This document shows, piece after piece, positions 47,606-55,534 of a DNA stretch of 64,000 nt. Made by a program: the position numbers and the translations under genes. The stretch is from an uncultured Pseudomonadota bacterium (GTDB lineage Bacteria; Pseudomonadota; Gammaproteobacteria; Ga0077536), in the NCBI GenBank assembly GCA_902551695.1, contig CACDEI010000003.1:538-64537 (forward strand). Reading direction: 5' to 3'. How positions within the stretch are numbered: position 1 is the stretch's first letter; each line of letters begins with the position of its first letter. The notes below the pieces were generated by a model. It made no database searches. It was not told the origin of the DNA and saw only the letters and a program-made list of their open reading frames with translations.

Positions 47606-48621
47606 TTTAACCAATAACTTGCGGGTGAAAAGAGAGTGCCACCGGTCGAGTTTGCCCAATGTAGGTAATTGTGCGCGGCTCTTGGATCGCCCTCTAGAGC
47701 TAATAAGATAACGTTTACTTTCACACTGGATTGGTTGCCGAATTTGTTAATTGCCTCTAAGAAAAATGTTTCCCTACATTCACCGCTAACGTATTGCGAG
47801 TTGGAGTTTCTGCATCCCTTTATAAACTTCCCAATAGCTCTTATTGGGTTGGTCTGCCCCGAGAGGGTAGGAAGACCGTCAGTGACAAGATAGATATCAG
47901 TAGCTTCGGAAGAACTACTTTGAATATGCTCGAGAACAGTCGCGAGGCTAGTTCCATTTTTAGGTGAAATGTTCTTTATGCTCGTATTGAATTGGTTGAG
48001 TGTAGAAACACTATCCCCCCACGAGGAACTCTCGAAGGTTATTTTCTCCGAAAATCCGATAACCTTTAGTAGACTAGAATCCGGAGCTTTTTTTATAAGC
48101 CACCGAGTGATGTTTTTCGCTTGACGCCATTTTCTTCCCGACGCTAGTCTTTTGCCTGACATGTCCTCTAACCCACTTAAAATATCAATAAGCTGGGGAA
48201 AAGCCATCGATGCGCTGGTATCTAGCAGGATCTGTATTTTCGGTCCTGTTACTGCCAAGCCAATGAGTTGATTTGCCACATCTATGTCTTTTCTTTGGGG
48301 TTCTGGTTCAGCAGTTTTATCAATATCTTGCAGTTTTAATTTTGTCTCTAATAGCTTCACAGTTGAGTCACTTACTTTTTTTGAGAGCCTTTTTATTTCA
48401 TTAAGTTTCGAATTTTTTGCATCCAGCATTGCTGCATACTTTTCCTCTAAGTGAACAGTGTTATTCTCTATGGCGGGGCCATTAATTATTTGCGGGACGG
48501 ATTCTTCATTAAAGTCAAGGATGAAAAAGAGTAGGATGACCGCGCCAAGACCGCAGGCCATCACGTCAATAAAAGCTAAGGTAGATATGTTTGTTTCACG
48601 TTTTTGTCGCACGTTACGCAC
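47602..48621 (-). CDS. ExbD/TolR-like TM (conserved Asp) plus coiled coil plus vWA (MIDAS) protein, paralog 1
   Basis: The TM is AFIDVMACGLGAVILLFFIL, followed by a coiled coil. The vWA domain has DTSAS, NGTSL and a LVTDG MIDAS set. The start lies 4 nt after the stop of the MotA-like gene. Confidence 0.7.
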   Translation of the reverse strand: MRNVRQKRETNISTLAFIDVMACGLGAVILLFFILDFNEESVPQIINGPAIENNTVHLEEKYAAMLDAKNSKLNEIKRLSKKVSDSTVKLLETKLKLQDIDKTAEPEPQRKDIDVANQLIGLAVTGPKIQILLDTSASMAFPQLIDILSGLEDMSGKRLASGRKWRQAKNITRWLIKKAPDSSLLKVIGFSEKITFESSSWGDSVSTLNQFNTSIKNISPKNGTSLATVLEHIQSSSSEATDIYLVTDGLPTLSGQTNPIRAIGKFIKGCRNSNSQYVSGECRETFFLEAINKFGNQSSVKVNVILLALEGDPRAAHNYLHWANSTGGTLFSPASYWLK

Positions 48622-48625
48622 ATAT

Positions 48626-49387
48626 TTATTTGGAAATACTAATTCGCTCGATCAGATATTTTTCGCAATATTCCTGTACTTTCACCAGTTGCTCGTCCTG
48701 ATTTTTTTGTAAGAATGAAAGTAATAGCATTATAACTACGCTGGCTAATAATGCGACGAAGGTAGAATTGAAGGCGGTTCCCAGACTTTCGGTCATTGGT
48801 CCGATATCGCCTGCTACAGCATTTTGCGCTTGACTCATCGCCATTCCTATCCCTCTGACCGTGCCTAAAAAGCCGATAGATGGGATTGCCCAGACTATGT
48901 ATTTAATAACTGCAAGCTCAGCCTCATTTTTCACTGCCATCGCTTCTAAGGCTGGAGAGATCGATTCAGACGCATTTTGCACGCTTCCAGTTATCATGTA
49001 TCGACGAAGGGAAGAGGCTATGGTTTGTACTAAAGGTGCTGATCGGATTTCTTGAGGGAGAGCGTCTATTGAACTTAAAATATTCTTAGTATCTTTTTCG
49101 TTGTCTTGTATGTCTTTGAGTAGATCTACATCGAATAAGTAATCCCTAGAGGATGTTTCGTAGAACTTGCTGGCGGTTAGGTATAGGCCCCATAGAAAAA
49201 GAATAATCGCGATTTCTTGCTCAATATCTTTTACTATTATAAAGAAATTCCTTGGTAGTAGGTCACCGGTACTCTTGGCCATTATTTGTAAGTGGTTTAC
49301 TTCTGGTATTATCCACATTGTATATAGAAGATGAACCGTTAAAATTATACCAATTAGAACGACAATATTTGTTGTGGTCTTTTTCAT
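48626..49387 (-). CDS. MotA/TolQ/ExbB-family proton channel protein
   Basis: 253 aa. The C-terminal signature is IPSIGFLGTVRGIGMAMSQA...MTESLGTAFNSTFVALLASVVIM. Confidence 0.8.
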   Translation of the reverse strand: MKKTTTNIVVLIGIILTVHLLYTMWIIPEVNHLQIMAKSTGDLLPRNFFIIVKDIEQEIAIILFLWGLYLTASKFYETSSRDYLFDVDLLKDIQDNEKDTKNILSSIDALPQEIRSAPLVQTIASSLRRYMITGSVQNASESISPALEAMAVKNEAELAVIKYIVWAIPSIGFLGTVRGIGMAMSQAQNAVAGDIGPMTESLGTAFNSTFVALLASVVIMLLLSFLQKNQDEQLVKVQEYCEKYLIERISISK

Positions 49388-49391
49388 GTGC

Positions 49392-49517
49392 TCACATGTT
49401 TCTTGGAAATGGTGTCGGCTCGTTAAGCGATATATTTTTGTTTGATTTCGAATATATAGTTTGAGTTAGAAGTATTAGGAAGAACAAAAGGACAATCATT
49501 TTCCAGAAAGTTTTCAT
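49392..49517 (-). CDS. Possible 41-aa single-TM micro-protein inside the operon gap
   Basis: Manual translation gives MKTFWKMIVLLFFLILLTQTIYSKSNKNISLNEPTPFPRNM*. It starts 12 nt after the upstream stop and ends 4 nt before the MotA-like ATG. There is no clear Shine-Dalgarno. Confidence 0.3.
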   Translation of the reverse strand: MKTFWKMIVLLFFLILLTQTIYSKSNKNISLNEPTPFPRNM

Positions 49518-49529
49518 TGGTTTTCTACT

Positions 49530-51554
49530 CTAATTAATATAGCGAGCTATACGAAATCCTACGTCAATTCTTCCGTCATTTGAAGTATCTTTGTAAGATG
49601 CCCTTAACTCAGTCCAACTGGCAGATAAATAGTTTGATCCTTTGATGACGTGACTAGCACCCTTGGGTTTCCCCATATAGTCAAAATATACCTTAGTTAC
49701 TTCAGGTGGGTCGAGCAAATAGAAGTCGTGTGTCCACTCGCTTACATTCCCAGACTGATCATGTAGGCCAGATATTTCCGCATCAAAACTACCCGATGGT
49801 GCTATACCCGCGAAGCCATCATTATATTCTCCTAAAAATATTTTAACTGTTCCCTTCGCGGATTCGTCTGCAATATTTCCGGCGGCTTCTGGAACTTCAT
49901 AATCGTTTCCCCAAACAAAGGTGGTAGGTGCCTTTTTTCCTGCCGCTCGAGCCACGTATTCCCATTCTGCTTCTGTAGGTAGCCTATAACCAAGCGAAGA
50001 CTTATCGAAGCCTATTATTCTAGACTGCCTGCTAATGTAAAATGGCTCGAATCCTTCTTTTAAACTTAGCCAGTTACAGAAGGTTGCTGCCTCTTCCCAG
50101 CTTATTGAACGAACTGGTAAACGACTACCCTTAGGCGCAAGAGAAGAATTGGAGTTCTCGTTTTCAAAGATAGCATATTGTTTCTCTGTTATTTCAAACT
50201 TCCCTATATAAAAGGCTCGAGTAAAATCTACCTTCCGTAAGTGCTCGTTGGCTCGTTGACCTTTTTGATTCCTAGGAGCGCCGATCTTAATTTTTGAAGG
50301 GATGAACCGGTTCATTACAATTCCCATTGAATTCTTTACGGAAGGTTGGCTATTTGCAAGTCTATAATCACTCACAGTAGTAAGCTTCCTGTCGTGACGG
50401 ATTTTCTTGTTAGCTTCGATAGCGATTGTTTTAGAATCCTCAATATAATTCGGAGCTTTCAGGGTAATGAGATGTTGCTTTGCGAGTAATTTAGCATTCA
50501 TTGGGGTTTCGCCAACTAGTTCACCCTCTATGAAAACTTTCGATTTCGGCGAAGAAAGTATCTCAACTGAACCGTAAATAGGTTTTAATTTGAAACTAAT
50601 TTTTTTGTCATCAGGATAAACCACTATAGTTTCCCCCTGGTGGCCTCCAGCCTCATAACGGACCAGACTTTGCTCAATCGCATCTATACTGATTTCTGAG
50701 GTGATTTTGCGATATCTGTTGTTGATAAATAATCGACCAGCCGGAGGGTGAAATTTAGCGCTTACGAGTCTGGTTTTTTTGGCTAATGAATATGTTCTGT
50801 CCACGATTGTCTTTTCATTTTTAGTATCTATAGCTTGTGAAATGGATTTATATCCAGTTTTTTCTATACGTAAGTTAATTTTCCCGGCTTCTAAAATTCC
50901 TTTCCACGGACTGTTCCCTACTAACTCATCATCGATAAAAATCTTAGCGTCAGTCGGCCTTGTCTTTATCGTAAAAGAGACAGATTTCAAATGAGTGTCA
51001 ACCCGAATCATGGGAGACGTGACTGGTTTTATAGAAACCAACTGTTCATCTGCAGTATGGTAATCAGAGGAAAGCGCTATTTTATACTCTCCTGGTTTCA
51101 GTTTCAGAATAGGGTTTTGGTCTTCAGATGAAATTATACCGTTGACTATCCATTTAGGGTTGCTCAATTCTACCGCAGAGGTAAGTGATGTGCTCACGGG
51201 TGCATAGCTTAATTTTATTTTGACGATTTTTTCTGGATTTTTTGATGAAATAATTTTCCGTTCCTCGATGAATCCAGGTGCTTGAATTATGATGGTTGTG
51301 CTACCAAAAGGAAGTAGCACGCGGTCGCCGATGGTTATTGAAAAACCTGCTTCTGTTGACAGATTATATGCTTTCTCAGGAACTGGCTGCAGGTGTACTT
51401 TGAAGGAGGTGGCATAGGCGTAGAAGAAAAGCGCGGAAACCAACAGGGATGTTATCCCTGCTATTATGTAAACAATTTTTCTTTTTCTAGTGCTTTTAGC
51501 TTCTTCGATTGCGTTAATAAATTCGTTCACCACAGGTGATCCTTTTCGGCTCAA
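49530..51554 (-). CDS. Membrane-anchored protein with PEGA repeats and an FGE-sulfatase (SUMF1-like) domain
   Basis: An N-terminal TM is followed by at least 3 PEGA-like modules (for example PTDAKIFIDDELVGNSPWKGILEAGKINLRIEKTGYKS). The C-terminal domain carries YIGKFEITEKQY, PVRSISWEEAATFCNWL, RLPTEAEWEYVARAA, GNVSEWTHD and GFRIARY. Confidence 0.8.
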   Translation of the reverse strand: MSRKGSPVVNEFINAIEEAKSTRKRKIVYIIAGITSLLVSALFFYAYATSFKVHLQPVPEKAYNLSTEAGFSITIGDRVLLPFGSTTIIIQAPGFIEERKIISSKNPEKIVKIKLSYAPVSTSLTSAVELSNPKWIVNGIISSEDQNPILKLKPGEYKIALSSDYHTADEQLVSIKPVTSPMIRVDTHLKSVSFTIKTRPTDAKIFIDDELVGNSPWKGILEAGKINLRIEKTGYKSISQAIDTKNEKTIVDRTYSLAKKTRLVSAKFHPPAGRLFINNRYRKITSEISIDAIEQSLVRYEAGGHQGETIVVYPDDKKISFKLKPIYGSVEILSSPKSKVFIEGELVGETPMNAKLLAKQHLITLKAPNYIEDSKTIAIEANKKIRHDRKLTTVSDYRLANSQPSVKNSMGIVMNRFIPSKIKIGAPRNQKGQRANEHLRKVDFTRAFYIGKFEITEKQYAIFENENSNSSLAPKGSRLPVRSISWEEAATFCNWLSLKEGFEPFYISRQSRIIGFDKSSLGYRLPTEAEWEYVARAAGKKAPTTFVWGNDYEVPEAAGNIADESAKGTVKIFLGEYNDGFAGIAPSGSFDAEISGLHDQSGNVSEWTHDFYLLDPPEVTKVYFDYMGKPKGASHVIKGSNYLSASWTELRASYKDTSNDGRIDVGFRIARYIN

Positions 51555-52980
51555 TTGAACCTCGTAGCGGTATTTCCAATTCAGTTATTTTCGTTTTATG
51601 CCCAACACAGGCGCCATACAGCAGGTAAGATCCAGGTTTTAAATCAATTGTTCTCTCTAGTGTAGGCTCTATAAATCCCACACCTTTTATTTCGATTCTC
51701 GTTTTTTCATCTGACTCAATTAACAATGATCTCGGTCGTAAAGTAGTATCAATCAGGATACGCACGTCCTCATATATGGCCGAGAGTTTTTTACTCTTAT
51801 CCCTTATTTCTGAGGATTCTACGAGAATAGTTCTCGCAAAAGATTCAACTTCTGGGTCAGTTAATCGCATGGGGTCTTCTCGTAGCATTGCTAGTTGCTT
51901 AGTGCTCTCAATTATTTTTTTCGATAGATCTAAGCCTTCTATTATTTCTTCATCAGTACTATTTAGCGTTTGTGCGTTATTAAAATGTAATAATGCACTC
52001 TCCCAATCGTCGATCTGCGTGCTTGCTAACGCTTTTTTTTTCCATTGCTTGGAAAGTTTTATATCTCTCTTTACTGTGATTTCTGATTCCAAAGCTTTAG
52101 TAGAAGCTGTGTCCCCGGCCAAGGCTTGAGCTTTCTGAATTTCCACTAAAGCTTCTTCGAAATAACCCAGATCTTTTAGAGCAACTGCCTCTCCAATAAG
52201 CTTGTTGTATTCCTGATTTTTAAAAAATTCCTTTAGGAAAATTTTTCTTTTTATTTGTTCTTCGTTTAGTTTCCCTAATGCTTCGATTTCCTCTAGAGCT
52301 TTTAATTGCGAATTGATGTCGTTAGCTGCGATTGCTTTTCGTAGAAGTTCATACTTGGAGAATAATTTTCGGTTATTGTTTAATTTCTCTTTCCATTCAA
52401 TAACTCGCTCATCTGCGGGAGCTAAACTTTCGACAGATTCGAGATATTTGATTGCTTCGGCATAATTTTTTTCCCAGTAGGCTGATTCAATTCTTTGAAA
52501 ATGACTACTAAGAAGGTTTTCTACGCTATTAATCAGTTCTTCAGCCTCGAGAAGTTTTTTCTTCATGCTAACTGGCTCTATCAACCCATCATTCTGCTGC
52601 GAGTGGGCTAACTCATCCTTAAACCAGGATATTAGTCTTTGAGCATCACCTGCATATGTGTTCTCAGTTTGGTTTGAGTTAACAGACAGAGCAATTTGTG
52701 TCAGCTTCGGTTTTAAAATACTTTCATATTCTTCAAAAAGAGAGAGTCTTTCGGAAGGTTTATGGCGCTGGGTTTTATTAGGTAAAGTGTTTGGGCGGTC
52801 ACCATATTCAGGAATTTCACTTATATCTGTATAACTAATGAATAGAACTGGTAGTAAGACAACTGCACTAACAAAGGCCGTAACTAATAATAGTCTCTTT
52901 CTACCCGTGTTCTTATTTTTAGCCGCTGCAACTAAGACGCCTACCTCCGTTTCCGCATTCTTGTTGCTTTTTTCGATCAT
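51514..52980 (-). CDS. Membrane-anchored helical-repeat (TPR-like) protein with a C-terminal beta domain
   Basis: An N-terminal TM (LLLVTAFVSAVVLLPVLFI) is followed by repeated Y..A...L..A..L-type helices. The C-terminal segment resembles PEGA (IEIKGVGFIEPTLERTIDLKPGSYLL). Confidence 0.55.
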   Translation of the reverse strand: MIEKSNKNAETEVGVLVAAAKNKNTGRKRLLLVTAFVSAVVLLPVLFISYTDISEIPEYGDRPNTLPNKTQRHKPSERLSLFEEYESILKPKLTQIALSVNSNQTENTYAGDAQRLISWFKDELAHSQQNDGLIEPVSMKKKLLEAEELINSVENLLSSHFQRIESAYWEKNYAEAIKYLESVESLAPADERVIEWKEKLNNNRKLFSKYELLRKAIAANDINSQLKALEEIEALGKLNEEQIKRKIFLKEFFKNQEYNKLIGEAVALKDLGYFEEALVEIQKAQALAGDTASTKALESEITVKRDIKLSKQWKKKALASTQIDDWESALLHFNNAQTLNSTDEEIIEGLDLSKKIIESTKQLAMLREDPMRLTDPEVESFARTILVESSEIRDKSKKLSAIYEDVRILIDTTLRPRSLLIESDEKTRIEIKGVGFIEPTLERTIDLKPGSYLLYGACVGHKTKITELEIPLRGSIEPKRITCGERIY

Positions 52981-52988
52981 TTTTTAGG

Positions 52989-54248
52989 TTAAAGGGTGAT
53001 ATCGGGCGTTTTGTCTAGCTCATACAGATCTTTTAGAAAGCGCTTCCAGATTTGATATTGTTCAGCTGCATCGCCTTTCAGCTCTATTGTTTGTTCTTCA
53101 AAATTAATTACTTTAGGTGCTAGTTGGATATTTAATGATCTGCCCAACTCATTCATGCTCGCTTTGTACATCTTTGCATCTGCGGAATCACTCATTCCGC
53201 TTCCTATTGTCGCGACACCAGCCGCCGCAACAAGGGTTCCGCCAAGTGCTTGCCCCCCTCCGCTGAAGGGGTCGGAGGTAGCGACGAGAGCGATTCCACC
53301 CGCGACTGCTGCGGCTCCCAAAAGTTTTTTACCGATTCCCTTTAATTTTGCTTTTCTGGCTGCTTTACTTTCGAAGTAAGACTCCCGTTGCCACAAACTG
53401 TATTCTTCCCACATTTGACGCGAGAAATTGTCATAGTCCTGTTGCAAATTGTCTACAAAAAGCAAATCTCTTACCCTGAGCTCTTCGGTTCTTCTTAGCA
53501 TCCTGTCTTCATCTGCAGGTGCGGATGTAAGCCGGGTAATTCCTCTCTTGGATGTTTCTAAGTAGGGTGAGAAATATTCTGGTGAAAAACTTTCAGCGAA
53601 CCTTAATGTTTCTATAGTTTGTAAGGTATTCATTTTATCTGAGGGTAATTTTCTTAGGATTCTCGCAATGTCACTAGCGATTTTTTCGAAAAGTGGATCA
53701 TAAAGATCATAGCTGGAATCATTTCTAGGGTTGTTCAACTCGTACTCTTTAACTCGATGTTTATATAACTTATCCTGGAGCAAGGTCTCTCCATTGATGG
53801 CGGTTAAAGAAACAGAAATTTCAATATCTTCGCCGTTCGAGTCTACTATTTTTCCCGATAAATAAAGGTCTCCTGTTGCGGTTTTATCGGGGACCACCCG
53901 AGCGGATTCGAAAGTATTCGTGTTATTGAGGGCATCTCTAAGTTTGACAGCAAAGTGATTTGCCTCAGCACGCCGTAACTCCGGCCAAATATTTTTTTTG
54001 GTGAATTCGTCGGAATTTTCAGGAATATTTGGATCAAGAGGTAGCACAAGAATCGATAAATCAGTTCGCTTTGTCTGTGAGCTCCCAACGGATGATTTGG
54101 GTTCCGATCCATAGCTGGGACCTACGGAATACCCTTTTTGAGAACTAGATTTTCCCGTCGTTGTTACACACCCATTCAAGAAAATCGCGAGGGTGCACAT
54201 TCCCAGTAAAATTCTGGGTTCTAAAAAACGATTAGAAGTAGTCATCAT
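52989..54248 (-). CDS. Lipoprotein with a C-terminal glycine-zipper segment
   Basis: The lipobox is FLNGC. ILVLPLDPN plus a sandwich-like N-domain recalls the CsgG/LpoB-type lipoprotein fold. A Gly/Ala-rich stretch reads LLGAAAVAGGIALVATSDPFSGGGQALGGTLVAAAGVATIGSG. The start overlaps the upstream stop as ATGA. Confidence 0.55.
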   Translation of the reverse strand: MMTTSNRFLEPRILLGMCTLAIFLNGCVTTTGKSSSQKGYSVGPSYGSEPKSSVGSSQTKRTDLSILVLPLDPNIPENSDEFTKKNIWPELRRAEANHFAVKLRDALNNTNTFESARVVPDKTATGDLYLSGKIVDSNGEDIEISVSLTAINGETLLQDKLYKHRVKEYELNNPRNDSSYDLYDPLFEKIASDIARILRKLPSDKMNTLQTIETLRFAESFSPEYFSPYLETSKRGITRLTSAPADEDRMLRRTEELRVRDLLFVDNLQQDYDNFSRQMWEEYSLWQRESYFESKAARKAKLKGIGKKLLGAAAVAGGIALVATSDPFSGGGQALGGTLVAAAGVATIGSGMSDSADAKMYKASMNELGRSLNIQLAPKVINFEEQTIELKGDAAEQYQIWKRFLKDLYELDKTPDITL

Positions 54249-54928
54249 AATTCCTCGTATCTTCGCATAAGCGCCTCTTTTACATCTGGATCATTTTCCT
54301 GTTCAGCTCTGGCTTTGATTTGCTCTTTTAAAATTTGCGTGTTGTTTGATTTCTCTAAGGTTTCATGAGCGCGACCTTGCAAAGGGGGTGGCGCCGCTAA
54401 GTCTGATTCTGTAGAGAGCGCTTCTAGGTCCTGATTGAAATTCTCGAGCATCAATCCTCCCTTATCGGTTAATGCTACAGAGTTCTCTCCTGATTCTAGG
54501 ATGTTGGAGGAAAGTGAGACATCTGCGGTTGAAGAGATTATCGTTTTAGATTTTCCCCCTTGGCTAACCTCTTCGCTTGGACTTGAAGGAGATTCACTCG
54601 AGGAGGACCCGAATTGGCTGCTAGAATCGGAATCATTTAGCTGTTCTATGCTGCTCGAGTCCACATTTTCACTGTCGCATTGCTGAAATTTGGATAGCTC
54701 AACAGAGAAGTCACTGCTTAAAGTTTTGAGCTTTTCCTCTCTCGTTAACGGGCCTAGAGCGCTGTTTTTGTGATCAATCTCGGCACATTCGGAAAACGCA
54801 GAGGGATTCGCGCTAGCTGCTGAGATCTTAAAACAAGAAAGAAATAATAAAATAACCATCGAGCAGTGCAGTAGTGGAACTTTTTTCTCTGCAATATTTG
54901 CGGGTTGGTTATAGTATGATTTAGCCAA
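54245..54928 (-). CDS. Acidic Ser-rich secreted protein (first gene of the operon)
   Basis: A signal peptide (VILLFLSCFKISAASA) is followed by a low-complexity acidic/Ser tract and a C-terminal amphipathic helix. Confidence 0.45.
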   Translation of the reverse strand: MAKSYYNQPANIAEKKVPLLHCSMVILLFLSCFKISAASANPSAFSECAEIDHKNSALGPLTREEKLKTLSSDFSVELSKFQQCDSENVDSSSIEQLNDSDSSSQFGSSSSESPSSPSEEVSQGGKSKTIISSTADVSLSSNILESGENSVALTDKGGLMLENFNQDLEALSTESDLAAPPPLQGRAHETLEKSNNTQILKEQIKARAEQENDPDVKEALMRRYEEL

Positions 54929-55102
54929 TCGTATAACACCTTTGTTAAGGCTCTGATTAAGACTAAATGATGGCTATTTACTATAAATTTTGCAAGTTTC
55001 ACTAATTTACTGCTTCATTTTTTACCTTGCCAATTGGAACACCCTAAAAGCATTAAGGTGAAGTTTTATTAAATCAATGATGTACATTGGAGTATAAGTC
55101 AG

Positions 55103-55375
55103 TTACCGACCCCAACCTATATCTTCATCCTGCATTCGATATTCATAAACCTCTTGTCCTTCACCAAAAAAGCTAAATGTCCCGTCTTCTTCCAGAGTGA
55201 TCGGAACATTGACCTGCAAACGCTTTGCGAATTCGGGAACCTGATAAAAGGCTTCTTCAAAACTCTCGAAACTATTGCTTTTATTTACTGTATTCATTTT
55301 TTCCCATGTTTTACCATGCTTAATCATTGTTGTCTGTACGACAATACGTCTTTTCCCGATCAGTGATCTAGGCAC
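55103..55375 (-). CDS. Hypothetical protein
   Basis: A 90-aa ORF with no recognisable motifs. The start is uncertain. Confidence 0.3.
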   Translation of the reverse strand: MPRSLIGKRRIVVQTTMIKHGKTWEKMNTVNKSNSFESFEEAFYQVPEFAKRLQVNVPITLEEDGTFSFFGEGQEVYEYRMQDEDIGWGR

Positions 55376-55534
55376 CCAGTTTATTGTCTCGGAAGGGTTT
55401 TGATATCAGAAATCATTCCTAAAATTTCAGCATTTTGAAACGTTTCTGTTAATATCTTTGGGAAGCTTTCCTTTGAATGAGAGTAGCTATGATTCCGCAA
55501 TAACTTTTTGAAAATTTGAGCTCAGGTATATTCT

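Noticed and set aside
46694-49387. I considered whether the MotA-like plus partner genes are a Zorya anti-phage system, a Tol/TonB system or a flagellar stator.
   Set aside because: The operon has no ZorC/ZorD-like helicase or nuclease, and no TonB, TolA, TolB or Pal. The partner proteins have no OmpA-like peptidoglycan-binding domain, and no flagellar genes are nearby. Without searches I cannot exclude a distant relationship.
54929-55102. I looked for a promoter for the MotA/vWA operon in the upstream spacer. On the minus strand there is a TTGATT-N16/17-TAATGC-like pair and a TTGCAA box.
   Set aside because: Matches to -35/-10 consensus are weak and ambiguous in this AT-rich spacer. I cannot support a specific promoter call without transcription start-site data.
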